A stretch of DNA of 64,000 nucleotides from Actinomycetota bacterium (GTDB lineage: Bacteria > Actinomycetota > Thermoleophilia > Gaiellales > Gaiellaceae). The notes beneath the pieces are model-generated. The model was not told where the DNA came from. It did not search any database and saw only the letters and a program-made list of their open reading frames with translations. The stretch's first letter is position 1. Every line of letters begins with the position of its first letter. The translations under genes were made by a program, and so were the position numbers. The stretch covers positions 1,300 through 65,299 of the forward strand of contig JBKOYJ010000028.1 of the NCBI GenBank assembly GCA_046725345.1, in the 5' to 3' direction. Below are positions 45,189-54,793 of this stretch, piece by piece.

Positions 45189-46205
45189 GTGGCGGCGCGC
45201 GCTGAGCACTCGGTCGCGATCCTGGGCGCGGGCCGCATCGGGAGCCTGCATGCCGAGAACGTGGGGCGGATCGCCGCGCTCCGGCTCGTCGCCGTCGCGG
45301 ACGAGAACGCGGCCGCCGCGGAGGAGCTCGCGGCCAAGGCGGGCTGCGAGGCGGTCGCCGACTGGCGAGACGCGATCGCGCGCCCCGAGATCGACGCCGT
45401 GCTCCTTTGCTCGCCCCCGGGCGCGCACGCGGAGCAGGTCGCGTTCGCCGCAGGCGAGAGCAAGCACGTCTTCTGCGAGAAGCCGCTCGCAGACCAGCTC
45501 GGGCCCGCCGACCGCGCGCTCGCCGCGGTCGAAGCAGCCGGGGTCGTGCTCCAGGTCGGGTACAACCGTCGTTCCGACCTCAACTTCCAGGCGGTTCGCG
45601 AAGCCGTCGCCGCCGGCCGGGTAGGCGCGCCGTGCCTCCTCCGCATCACCTCGCGCGATCCCGCGCCACCGCCTCGCGACTATCTTGAGCGCTCGCCCGG
45701 ACTCTTCTTCGACACCACGAGCCACGACCTCGACCTCTCGCGATTCCTGCTCGGCGGCGAGATCGTGGAGGTCACGGCGCGCGGGGGCGCGCTCTTCTCG
45801 GACAACGTTCGCGCCGTCGGCGGCGTCGACACCGCCGTGACGACGGCCGTGTTCGAGAGCGGCGCGCTCGCAGTCGTCGACAACTGCTGGACGAGCGCCT
45901 ACGGCTACGACCAGCGCGTCGAGGTGCACGGGACCGGCGGCATGGTCGCTGCGCGGAACGAGGTCACCAACACCACGTTCGTCGCGGATGCGGAGGGCTT
46001 CCACGAGCCCGTGCTTCCGCACTTCTTCGCAGACCGGTACGCCGCGGCGTACGTGCGCGAGCTGGAGGCGTTCGCGGCCGCCCTCGACGGCGCGCCGGTG
46101 CCCGTGACCGGCCGGGACGGTCGGCAGGCGCTCGCGGCGGCGATCGCCGCGCACCGCTCGTGGGAGGAAGGCCGCACGGTGGCGCTGGCGGAAATCGGCG
46201 GATGA
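45189..46205 (+). CDS. iolG: Inositol 2-dehydrogenase-like Gfo/Idh/MocA oxidoreductase
   Basis: VAILGAGRIGSLHA...VFCEKPLA...LQVGYNRRSD...RITSRDPAPPPRDYL...FFDTTSHDLDLSRFL matches the IolG pattern. Confidence 0.75.
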   Translation: MAARAEHSVAILGAGRIGSLHAENVGRIAALRLVAVADENAAAAEELAAKAGCEAVADWRDAIARPEIDAVLLCSPPGAHAEQVAFAAGESKHVFCEKPLADQLGPADRALAAVEAAGVVLQVGYNRRSDLNFQAVREAVAAGRVGAPCLLRITSRDPAPPPRDYLERSPGLFFDTTSHDLDLSRFLLGGEIVEVTARGGALFSDNVRAVGGVDTAVTTAVFESGALAVVDNCWTSAYGYDQRVEVHGTGGMVAARNEVTNTTFVADAEGFHEPVLPHFFADRYAAAYVRELEAFAAALDGAPVPVTGRDGRQALAAAIAAHRSWEEGRTVALAEIGG

Positions 46206-47206
46206 GGATCGCGGTGCTCGGCACGGGGCGGATGGGCGCGTTCCGGGCCGAGTGGCTCGCGCGCCATCCGGAGGTCGACTCCGTGGTCGTCGGCAGCCGC
46301 GACCCGGCGCGCGCCCAGGACGTGGCGCGACCGATTCGGAGCGACGGCGGCTCGATCGAGGACGTGCTCGCGAGCCCGCTCGACGCGGCCGTGATCTCGT
46401 CGAGCACCGGCGAGCACGCGGGGCAGATCGCGGCCTGTGCCGAGCTCGGACTGACGATGCTGTGCGAGAAGCCGATCGCCCTCACGCTGCACGAGACGCG
46501 CCGCGCGATCGAAACGGCGGACGCAGCGGGCGCGACGCTCCAGGTCTCGTTCCAACGCCGCTTCGATCCAGGCTTCGCCGAGGCGCGGCGGCTGGTCGAG
46601 GACGGCACGCTCGGAACGCTCTACTGCGTGCGGCTCAACTCGCACGACCACGAGCCCTCGCCGGAACGGTACGTGCCCACGAGCGGCGGCATCTTCCGCG
46701 ACCTCCACGTGCACGACTTCGACATCGCCCGCTGGCTGACGGGGTCGGAGGTCGCGCGGGTCTACGCCACCGGCGCCGTGCGGAAATGGGAACGGTTCGC
46801 TCGCCACGGCGACGTCGACACGGCCGCGATCGTGCTCTCGATGGCCGACGGGCTGCCCGTCCTGGTCTCCGGTACCCGGCACGACCCCAGGGGTTACGAC
46901 TTCCGCGCGGAGCTGTTCGGCTCCGACGATTCGATCGCGGTCGGGCTCGACGAGCGGACGCCGCTCCGCTCGGTCGAGGCGACGGGACCGCGGCTCGGCG
47001 CTGACCCCTACGACGGCTTCCTCGACCGCTTCGCGGGAGCGTTCGCCGCGGAGATGCGCGTTTTCCTCGATGTCGTGCGCGGACGCCGGGCGAATCCCTG
47101 TCCCGGCGCCGAGGCGCTCGAGGCGCTGCGTGTTGCCGTCGCCTGCGACCGCTCGCTCGCAGAGGGTCGTCCGGTCGCGCTCGAGGAGGTCCTCGATGAC
47201 GCGTGA
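46202..47206 (+). CDS. Second inositol dehydrogenase-like Gfo/Idh/MocA oxidoreductase
   Basis: IAVLGTGRMG...MLCEKPIA...LQVSFQRRFDPGF...SGGIFRDLHVHDFDIARWL. ATG overlaps the previous stop. Confidence 0.75.
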   Translation: MRIAVLGTGRMGAFRAEWLARHPEVDSVVVGSRDPARAQDVARPIRSDGGSIEDVLASPLDAAVISSSTGEHAGQIAACAELGLTMLCEKPIALTLHETRRAIETADAAGATLQVSFQRRFDPGFAEARRLVEDGTLGTLYCVRLNSHDHEPSPERYVPTSGGIFRDLHVHDFDIARWLTGSEVARVYATGAVRKWERFARHGDVDTAAIVLSMADGLPVLVSGTRHDPRGYDFRAELFGSDDSIAVGLDERTPLRSVEATGPRLGADPYDGFLDRFAGAFAAEMRVFLDVVRGRRANPCPGAEALEALRVAVACDRSLAEGRPVALEEVLDDA

Positions 47207-48368
47207 GATCGGGATCGGCCTGCTCGGCGTGGGCTGGATGGGCGAGGTCCACTCGACCTCGTACCGCCGCGTTCCCATCCACTTCCCCGAGTGCGATGGG
47301 ATCGCGCAGCTGGTGATCGCCGCCGACGAGGTGCAGGATCGCGCGGTCGCGGCGGCCGAGCGGCTCGGGTACCGCGAGTGGACGACGGACTGGCGAGACG
47401 TGCTCGCGCACCCGGACGTCGACGCCGTCAGCATCACGGCCCCGAACTTCGTCCACCGCGAGATGGCCGTCGCCGCCGCGGAGGCCGGCAAGCACTTCTG
47501 GGGCGAGAAGCCGCTCGGCCGCACCCCGGCCGAGACCGCGGAGATCGCGGCGGCCGCGGAGAGAGCGGGCGTGCGGACGATCGTGGGCCTCAACTACCGC
47601 CACCCGCCGGCGGTGCAGCACGCGCGGCGGCTGATCGCCGAAGGCGCGCTCGGCGAGATCAACCACTTCCGCACGCAGTTCGTCGCGAGCTACTCCGCGA
47701 ACCCGCACGGGGCGCTCTCGTGGCGCTTCTCGCGCGAGCTCTCGGGGGCGGGCATCCTCGCCGACCTCGGCTCGCACGCGGTCGACCTCGCCCAGTACCT
47801 CCTGGGGCCGATCGCGCGCGTCACCGCGACGTCCGCGATCCTGATCCCGCGGCGGCCGAAGGTGGCGATGGGCGAGGGTACGCACTTCACGGTCGTCGAG
47901 GACGCCGCCGAGTACGGCGAGGTCGAGAACGAGGACTGGGTCGCCGCGCTCGTCGAGTTCGCGAGCGGCCTGAAGGGAACCGTCGAGCTGAGCCGCGCGA
48001 TCGTTGGCGCGGAGGCGCGGTACACGTTCGAGGCGAACGGGACGCGCGGCGCCGTGGCGTGGGACTTCGAGCGGATGAACGAGCTGCAGGTCTACTTACC
48101 GCTGGAAACGGGGGACGCGGGGACCGCACGAGTCGTCATGGGGCCCTCGCACCCGGACTTCGCCCGCTTCCAGCCCGGACAGGGGATCGGGATGGGCTAC
48201 GACGACTTGAAGGTGATCGAGGCGTACCGCTTCCTGCAGTCGGTCGCCGACGGCAAGCAGCGCGAGCCGGGCGTCCGCGAGATCCTCGCCGCGGCGCAGG
48301 TGCTCGACGCGATGGAGCGCTCGTTCTCGTCGGACGCGTGGGAGGACGTGCGCGAGCTACGCGGGTGA
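47196..48368 (+). CDS. Gfo/Idh/MocA family oxidoreductase (third paralogue)
   Basis: IGLLGVGWMGEVHS...FWGEKPLG...VGLNYRH. Confidence 0.8.
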   Translation: MTREIGIGLLGVGWMGEVHSTSYRRVPIHFPECDGIAQLVIAADEVQDRAVAAAERLGYREWTTDWRDVLAHPDVDAVSITAPNFVHREMAVAAAEAGKHFWGEKPLGRTPAETAEIAAAAERAGVRTIVGLNYRHPPAVQHARRLIAEGALGEINHFRTQFVASYSANPHGALSWRFSRELSGAGILADLGSHAVDLAQYLLGPIARVTATSAILIPRRPKVAMGEGTHFTVVEDAAEYGEVENEDWVAALVEFASGLKGTVELSRAIVGAEARYTFEANGTRGAVAWDFERMNELQVYLPLETGDAGTARVVMGPSHPDFARFQPGQGIGMGYDDLKVIEAYRFLQSVADGKQREPGVREILAAAQVLDAMERSFSSDAWEDVRELRG

Positions 48369-49001
48369 CGGGCGGCGCTGCCGCGTCGCGAGCAAGACGC
48401 TGACGACGAGCGTCCAGATCCCGAGGCCGACGAAGGCAATGAAGCCGATGTGGTCGAGCACGCCGCCGAGCACGTGGCTGGGAACTGCCGCCACAAGGCC
48501 CAGGCCGATTGCGGACCAGTTGAGCCACGTCGCGAGCACGCGGCTTCTGACGGCGGCAATGCCCGCGCCGAGCAGAAATGCCGCCGTCCCCAGCGTGAGC
48601 GGAAAGACCAGCTCCTGACTCAGGACGTGCAGGGGCCGGAGAGTCGCCGGGCCGACGTGATCGGCGACTTCGCCGAGCGCCAACCCAAGCCCGGCGAAGA
48701 GCGCCAGCCCGGCAGTGACCAGAACACCTCCGGAGAGGCAGAGGAGGGCGAAGACGTCTGTCTCGGTCTCGCCGTCGCGGACGAATCCGGCCACCGTGGC
48801 CGCGAAAAGTAGGAACAGCAGCGCGCCGACGCTCATCAGCGCGCCCGCCGCCACCTGGCCGACGTCATGCCGTGTGTAGAAGGAGACGACCTCGCCGACC
48901 GGCGCGCTGGCACCCGGCGGGCTCCCTGCCGGCACGAACGAGCCGAAGATCAGCACGACGCCCAAGGCGCCGCTCAGCGGGAGCAGGCTCCTCGCAGGCA
49001 C
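48357..49001 (-). CDS. Hypothetical integral membrane protein
   Basis: 214 aa with about 6 hydrophobic helices. No family recognised. Confidence 0.5.
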   Translation of the reverse strand: MPARSLLPLSGALGVVLIFGSFVPAGSPPGASAPVGEVVSFYTRHDVGQVAAGALMSVGALLFLLFAATVAGFVRDGETETDVFALLCLSGGVLVTAGLALFAGLGLALGEVADHVGPATLRPLHVLSQELVFPLTLGTAAFLLGAGIAAVRSRVLATWLNWSAIGLGLVAAVPSHVLGGVLDHIGFIAFVGLGIWTLVVSVLLATRQRRPSPA

Positions 49002-49041
49002 GTGACGTTCTTCGCGCCTCGAGGCCGCGTTCCTATGCCCC

Positions 49042-49971
49042 TCAGCCGTAGAGCTCCGGGTTCGCGACGGCGCGCGGTCTCTCCCCTTGCAGAACCGCGA
49101 GAATCCCGTGGGCCACCTCCCGGAAGATGCGCTCGCGGGCGCGCCGCGACAGGCCGAGCGCGTGCGGCGTCACGAGCACCCGCGGGTGTTGGAAGAGCGG
49201 GTGCGAGACGTCGGGCGGCTCCGGCTCGAAGACGTCGAGCCCGACGCCGCCGAGGCGGCCCGACTCGAGCCCGGCGAGCAGGTCATCGAGTGAGCGCACC
49301 AGCCCGCCGCGGCCGAGGTTCGCGAGGATGAGGCCGGGCTTCGCTCGCTCGAGCAGCGTGCCGTCGACCATCGCGCGCGTCTCGTCCGAAAGCGGCGCGT
49401 GCAGGCTTGCGAAGTCGCTCTCGGCGAAGAGCGTCGCGAGATCGACGAGCTCGACGCCCTCGGCCCCGTCCGTGTACGGATCGTGGGCGAGCAGGCGCAT
49501 CTCGAACGGGGCGGCGAGGCGAGCGAGCTCGCGCCCGATGCGGCCGAAGCCGACGATTCCGAGCGTCGCGCCCTCGAGGTCGCGGATCTCGATCTCGTCC
49601 CGCACACGCCAGCGCGCGTCGCGGACCGCGCGGTCGAGCACGCGCAGCTGCTTCGCGAGCGCGAGGAGGAGGGCGAGCGCCCCTTCGGCGACCGCCCGTG
49701 CGCCGGCGCCCGGCGTGAAGACGACCGGAATCCCGCGCCGGGTCGCCGCCTCGAGGTCGATCTCCGTAAGGCCGACCCCGCTGCGCGCGATCACGCGCAG
49801 CCGCGGCGCCGACTCGATCAGCTCGGCGCCGACGTACGAGCCGCCCCGGACGATCAACGCGTCCGCGTCGCGGACCACCTCCGGCAGTGTCCGCTCGTCC
49901 GCGACGACGATCTCGCCGAGCAGCTCCTCGGCGACCGGCGGCACGGGGCCGTTCGAGACGATTCGGGTCAC
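49042..49971 (-). CDS. D-isomer-specific 2-hydroxyacid dehydrogenase (PGDH/GhrB-like)
   Basis: ATLGIVGFGRIGRELARL (NAD Rossmann), ...LANLGRGGLV..., ...TPHALG... Confidence 0.85.
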   Translation of the reverse strand: MTRIVSNGPVPPVAEELLGEIVVADERTLPEVVRDADALIVRGGSYVGAELIESAPRLRVIARSGVGLTEIDLEAATRRGIPVVFTPGAGARAVAEGALALLLALAKQLRVLDRAVRDARWRVRDEIEIRDLEGATLGIVGFGRIGRELARLAAPFEMRLLAHDPYTDGAEGVELVDLATLFAESDFASLHAPLSDETRAMVDGTLLERAKPGLILANLGRGGLVRSLDDLLAGLESGRLGGVGLDVFEPEPPDVSHPLFQHPRVLVTPHALGLSRRARERIFREVAHGILAVLQGERPRAVANPELYG

Positions 49972-50732
49972 GTCGCGGCGTGAGCCGCGTCGACCGCCGA
50001 GCGGGCGCCCGAGGCGAGGAACGACGTGTCGGAGCCGACGGCGATGAACGTGAAGTCGAGCGCGCGGTAGCGCGAGAACTCGGCCGCGTCGCGGACGAGC
50101 ACGCCGAGGGCCTTCCCGTTCGCGCTCGCGGCTCCGCGGACGCGCTCGACCGCCTCGACGAACCGCGGGTGGTCCGTCTCCTGGAAGATGTCGAGCGAAT
50201 GCGTCAGGTCAGAGGGGCCGACGAACAGGCAGTCGACCCCGTCGACGGCCGCGATTTCGTCGACGTGCTCGACCCCCGGCTCGCTCTCGATCTGGACGAC
50301 GCCGACGGCGCGCTCGTTGAACGTCTCGATCGCCTCGCGGCCGCGCGCGCCGTAGGCTGCAGAGCGGTTCATCAGCGCGACGCCGCGCACGCCCGCCGGG
50401 CCGTACCGGAGGTGCGAGACAGCGCGCCGGGCCTCCTCGGCGCCGTCCACGCGCGGCACCATCACGCCCTCCGCGCCGAAGTCGAGCGCCTTCGTGAACC
50501 GGGGCCGCTCGTTTGCCGCGACGCGCACGAGCGGCGTGACGCCGCTCGCCGCGACGGCCTGCAGCACGGGCAGGACGTCCGCCTCGGTCGCAGAGCCGTG
50601 CTCGAGGTCGATCAGAACCCAGTCGAACCCGGCGCCGGCGCAGATCTCAGCCGCGACGGGCGAGCCGGTGTTGAGGAACGTCCCGACGAGGAGTTCGCCG
50701 TGCTGGAGGCGGTCGCGGAAGGTTTCCGTCAC
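49968..50732 (-). CDS. HpcH/HpaI-family aldolase
   Basis: LLVGTFLN...AGFDWVLIDLEHG...LVRV...LDFGAEGVMVPRV...VVQIES...DCLFVGPSDL. Confidence 0.8.
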   Translation of the reverse strand: MTETFRDRLQHGELLVGTFLNTGSPVAAEICAGAGFDWVLIDLEHGSATEADVLPVLQAVAASGVTPLVRVAANERPRFTKALDFGAEGVMVPRVDGAEEARRAVSHLRYGPAGVRGVALMNRSAAYGARGREAIETFNERAVGVVQIESEPGVEHVDEIAAVDGVDCLFVGPSDLTHSLDIFQETDHPRFVEAVERVRGAASANGKALGVLVRDAAEFSRYRALDFTFIAVGSDTSFLASGARSAVDAAHAAT

Positions 50733-51118
50733 TCGGCGGCGGCGCTTCGTGCGGCCTCGACCAGCCGGGCGGGAGCGACCTCGGCGTAGGCGTCCTCGGC
50801 GATCCCGGCGAGCTCGTCCCAGTCCACGCCGCGGTCGAGCCGGAGGCCCAGCCAGCCTCGGTGCCCGACGTAGGGCGGTACGAAGAACCGCTCGGGGTCA
50901 GCCTCGACGAGCATCGCCTGCATCCCCTCTGCGGCCGCGCACCAGATCGCGAAGCGGCCGTCGCCGTGGAAGTCGGTCAGCACCATCAGGAACGCACGTT
51001 TGTCGCGGACGAAGAACGTCGGCGAGCCGTGGCTGAGCCGCTCGCTCGTCTCGGGAAGCGCCAGACAGATCTCGCGGATCCGCGCTAGCGTGCGCTCGCG
51101 CTCCTCGGGCCCGGCCAC
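50729..51118 (-). CDS. MmcQ/YjbR-family protein
   Basis: IREICLALPETSERLSHGSPTFFVRDKRAF...PPYVGHRGWLGLRL is the YjbR pattern. Confidence 0.7.
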   Translation of the reverse strand: MAGPEERERTLARIREICLALPETSERLSHGSPTFFVRDKRAFLMVLTDFHGDGRFAIWCAAAEGMQAMLVEADPERFFVPPYVGHRGWLGLRLDRGVDWDELAGIAEDAYAEVAPARLVEAARSAAAE

Positions 51119-51197
51119 GGGCCTATCGTCTCACAGCGTCCGTTGACCGCCTGCAGGGTCCGGATCCGCCGAACCGGGAGACCGGTCGCTTCGCGCC

Positions 51198-51406
51198 ATA
51201 GCGGAGGCGGGCTTGGCCCGCCGCAGCGTTCCCGTGCGGGAAGCGCGCGACTAACTGTGGGAGGGGGGTTCACGGGGGGAACCGGCCGTTCCCCCCGTGC
51301 TAATAGCGGAGGCGGGCTTGGCCCGCCGCAGCGTTCCCGTGCGGGAAGCGCGCGACTAACTGTGGGAGGGGGGTTCACGGGGGGAACCGGCCGTTCCCCC
51401 CGTGCT
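51198..51406. repeat. Perfect tandem direct repeat, family C, 2 x ~105 bp
   Basis: 51198..51302 and 51303..51406 are identical over 104 nt by eye. Each has hairpins ggcgggc-ttg-gcccgcc and cacggggggaac-cggcc-gttccccccgtg (12 bp). Confidence 0.9.
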
Positions 51407-51408
51407 CA

Positions 51409-53280
51409 CTAGTAGTAGAAACGCTGCAGCTCGGCGCGCTCGCGCTCATACTCGGCGCGGCGCTCCGCGACCTCTGGTTCGTCCGAGACCTCCGCCGGCG
51501 CAACGTCCCACCACACGTCCGAACCGGGGAGGTAGCGCTGCGGCTCGGTCTCCGCGACGATGACGCAGGCCCGCCGCTCGCCGCGCGCCTCCTCCAGTGC
51601 GCGGCGAAGCTGCTCGGGCGTCTCCACCCGCCAGGCGGCGGCGCCGAGCCCCTCGGCGGCGCGTGCCAGGTCGAGGCGCAGGTACTCGCCCTCGAGGCGG
51701 CCGTTCGTGCGGGCGCGGAACTCGTTGCCGAACGGTCGTCCGTGCCGCCAGAGCTGCAGGCGCTGGATGCTCTGGAAGCCGTGGTTCTCCGAGATCACGA
51801 CGGTGACCTTCAGGCCCTCCTGGAGCGCCGTCACGAGCTCGCCCGGGTTCAGCAGGAAGGTGCCGTCGCCGATGTAGACGTAGACCTCGCCGCCGTCCTG
51901 CGCCATGCGGACGCCGATCCCCGCCGGCAGCTCGTAGCCCATGCAGGAGTAGCCGAACTCGAGGTGGCAGTTGCGGCCGCCGGTCGCGTCCCAGATCTTG
52001 AGCAGGTCGCCGGGCGGCGTCCCCGCTGCGGCGATCACCGTGTCGCCGGGCTGCACGCTGTCGTTGAGCGCGAGAATCAGCTGCGCCTGGCTCATCGCCT
52101 CGCCCTCGACCGGGTCGGTTAGGCGGGCGCGCTCCTCGAGCCATTCGTCGCGCACGCGCGAGATCTCGTCGCGGTAGTCCTGCGCGGTCGCGATCCCTTC
52201 CTCGGCGACCGCCGCCGTCAGCGCCGACAGCGCCTCTCGCGCGTCGGCGACGATCGGAAGCGCGCCCTCCTTGTAGGCGTCACGCCCCCAGACGTTGACG
52301 CCGACGAAGCGCACGTCGGGGTGCTGGAAGACCGTGTGGGAGCCGGTCGTGAAGTCGGTCATCCGCGTTCCCACGCAGAGCACGAGGTCGGCGTCGCGGG
52401 CGATTCGTCCCGCACCGGGATTCCCCTCGAGCCCGACGCCGCCGAGCGTCAGCCACGAGTCCTCGCGCATCGCGCCCTTGCCCGCGAACGTCTCCGCGAC
52501 GGGGATCCCCGCCTGCGTCGCGAACGCCGCCAGCTCGTCCCAGGCCTGCGCGTAGTGGACTCCGCCTCCCGCGATCACGAGCGGCCTCTCGGCCGCGCGC
52601 AGCAGCTCGATCGCCTCGGTGATCCGGCGCGGATCGGGGAGCGGCCGTTCGATCCGCCATACCCGCTCCTCGAAGAAGTGCGCCGGGAAGTCGAACGCGT
52701 GCGACTGCACGTCCTGCGGCAGCGCGATCACAACCGTGCCCGTCTCGGCGGGGCTCGTGAGCACGCGCATCGCCTCGGGCAACGCCGTCAGCAGTTGCTC
52801 GGGGCGGGTGATGCGATCGAAGAAGCGGGCGATCGGGCGGAAGCAGTCGTTGACGCTGACGTCGCCGGCGAGCGGATGCTCGAGCTGCTGCAGGACGGGC
52901 CCCTGGTGGCGCGTCGCGTACACGTCGCCGGGGAACAGCAGCAGTGGAAGCCGGTTGATCGTCGCGCCGGCAGCCGCCGTGATCATGTTGGTGGAGCCCG
53001 GCCCGATCGAGGCCGTGCACGCGAGCGTCGCGAGCCGCCCCGTCGCCTTCGCGTACGCGACGGCGGCGTGCACCATCGACTGCTCGTTCCGGCCCTGGTA
53101 GAAGGGCAACCCGTCGCCGAGCTCCTCGAGCGCCTGGCCGAGCCCGATCACGTTGCCGTGCCCGAAGATCCCGAACATCCCGGGCACCAGCCGGCGCGTA
53201 TCGCCGTCCCGCTCGCTGTGCTGGGCCTGTAGGTACTTGACGATCGCCTGCGCGGTCGTCAGTCGCGTCGTCCCCGTCAC
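51409..53280 (-). CDS. iolD: 3D-(3,5/4)-trihydroxycyclohexane-1,2-dione acylhydrolase (decyclizing), TPP enzyme
   Basis: TRLTTAQAIVKYLQAQHSERDG....LVPGMFGIFGHGNV is the typical IolD N-terminus. TPP-binding GDGTFLLNPGEL. 623 aa. Confidence 0.9.
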   Translation of the reverse strand: MTGTTRLTTAQAIVKYLQAQHSERDGDTRRLVPGMFGIFGHGNVIGLGQALEELGDGLPFYQGRNEQSMVHAAVAYAKATGRLATLACTASIGPGSTNMITAAAGATINRLPLLLFPGDVYATRHQGPVLQQLEHPLAGDVSVNDCFRPIARFFDRITRPEQLLTALPEAMRVLTSPAETGTVVIALPQDVQSHAFDFPAHFFEERVWRIERPLPDPRRITEAIELLRAAERPLVIAGGGVHYAQAWDELAAFATQAGIPVAETFAGKGAMREDSWLTLGGVGLEGNPGAGRIARDADLVLCVGTRMTDFTTGSHTVFQHPDVRFVGVNVWGRDAYKEGALPIVADAREALSALTAAVAEEGIATAQDYRDEISRVRDEWLEERARLTDPVEGEAMSQAQLILALNDSVQPGDTVIAAAGTPPGDLLKIWDATGGRNCHLEFGYSCMGYELPAGIGVRMAQDGGEVYVYIGDGTFLLNPGELVTALQEGLKVTVVISENHGFQSIQRLQLWRHGRPFGNEFRARTNGRLEGEYLRLDLARAAEGLGAAAWRVETPEQLRRALEEARGERRACVIVAETEPQRYLPGSDVWWDVAPAEVSDEPEVAERRAEYERERAELQRFYY

Positions 53281-53289
53281 GACTCCCTC

Positions 53290-54705
53290 CTAGATGTCGT
53301 GGAACACCACCGTCTTCAGCTCCGTCATTTCTTCGATCGCGTAGCGCGGTCCCTCCTTGCCGATGCCGCTGCCCTTGAGTCCCCCGTAGGGCATCAGGTC
53401 CGCGCGCCAGAGCGGCGTCCAGTTGACGTGGATCGAGCCGCAGGCGACGTCGCGCGCGAACCGCAGCGCGTTGCGGATGTCGGACGTGAACACTCCCGCG
53501 GCGAGGCCGTACGAGCTGTCGTTCGCGAGGGTGACGGCCTCGTCGACGCCGCCGACGGGCGTGACCGCGACGGCGGGGCCGAAGAGCTCGTCGCGCGAGA
53601 TCGTCATGTCAGGTGAGACGTCGGCGACGACCGCGGGGGAGACGACGGCGCCGTCGCGCTCGCCCCCCGTCACGAGCGACGCGCCGCCCGCGACCGCCTC
53701 TCGGATCACCGACTCGACGCGCTCGGCTTCGCGCTCGCTGATCAACGCCGAGACCTGCGTCCCTTCCTCGAAGGGATCGCCAACGCGTAGCGCCTCCACG
53801 CGCGGGCGCAGCGCGTCGAGGAAGTCGCCGTAGATTCCGCGGTCGACGAGCACGCGCTGCACCGAGATGCAGACCTGACCGGCGTTGACGTAGCCGCCTG
53901 CTGCTGTCGCCGCCGCGACCTGGTCGAGGTCGGCGTCGGGCAGGACGACCATGGGGCAGTTCGCGCCGAGCTCGAGCGACAGGCGCTTGACCCCCGCGAC
54001 CTCCGTGATCCGTCGTCCCACCGCCGTCGAGCCGGTGAACGAGATCTTGCGCACGCGCTCGTCCGCGCAGAGCCGGAGCCCGACCTCCTCGCCTGCTCCG
54101 GTGACGCACTGGATCGCATGAGCGGGCAACCCGGCGTCGAGCAGCAGCTCGGTCAGGCGTAGCGACGTCAGCGGCGTCCGGCTGGCCGGCTTCAGGATCA
54201 CGGCGTTCCCCGCGGCGAGCGCCGGAGCGACCTTGTGTGCGACGAGCAGCATCGGATAGTTGAACGGCGTGATCGCGACGACCACGCCGCACGGCTGCCG
54301 GAGCGTGAACCCGAGCTTGCCGCCGCCGCCCGGATGCGCGTCGACGGGGACCGTCTCGCCGTGCATCCGCGCTCCCTCGCTCGCGGCGAGCCGGAAGAGG
54401 TCGGGAATACGGCTCGCCTCGGTCGTCGCCTCGGCGAGCGGCTTACCCACCTCGGCGCTGATCGTGTGCGCGAGCTCGTCGACGTCGCGCTCGAGCAGGT
54501 CGGCGGCGCTGCCGAGCAGCTCGGCTCGCTCGTAGGCTGGCAGCGCCCGCATCGCCTCCGCGCCTGCGACGGCGGCCGCGAGGGCGAGCTCGACGTCCTC
54601 GGGCGAGGCGCGCGGCACGGTGTCGACGAGCGAGCCCGAGTAGGGATTACGGATCTCGTCCTCGGCGCCCCCGTCGCGCCACTCGCCCGCGACGTACATC
54701 CGCAT
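53290..54705 (-). CDS. NAD(P)-dependent aldehyde dehydrogenase family protein
   Basis: FNYPMLLVAHKVAPALAAGN...LELGANCP (the usual Gly-Lys position differs)...GQVCISVQR is an ALDH catalytic Cys context. May play the IolA-like role, but the sequence is not obviously MmsA type. Confidence 0.8.
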   Translation of the reverse strand: MRMYVAGEWRDGGAEDEIRNPYSGSLVDTVPRASPEDVELALAAAVAGAEAMRALPAYERAELLGSAADLLERDVDELAHTISAEVGKPLAEATTEASRIPDLFRLAASEGARMHGETVPVDAHPGGGGKLGFTLRQPCGVVVAITPFNYPMLLVAHKVAPALAAGNAVILKPASRTPLTSLRLTELLLDAGLPAHAIQCVTGAGEEVGLRLCADERVRKISFTGSTAVGRRITEVAGVKRLSLELGANCPMVVLPDADLDQVAAATAAGGYVNAGQVCISVQRVLVDRGIYGDFLDALRPRVEALRVGDPFEEGTQVSALISEREAERVESVIREAVAGGASLVTGGERDGAVVSPAVVADVSPDMTISRDELFGPAVAVTPVGGVDEAVTLANDSSYGLAAGVFTSDIRNALRFARDVACGSIHVNWTPLWRADLMPYGGLKGSGIGKEGPRYAIEEMTELKTVVFHDI

Positions 54706-54793
54706 GGCCGTGAGCCTACCCGGCCGCGGATGCCCCGGCCCCGTCGTTCCCGTTTGACTTGGGCTTCACAGCCGTTGTTGAATCGCCTGGCGC

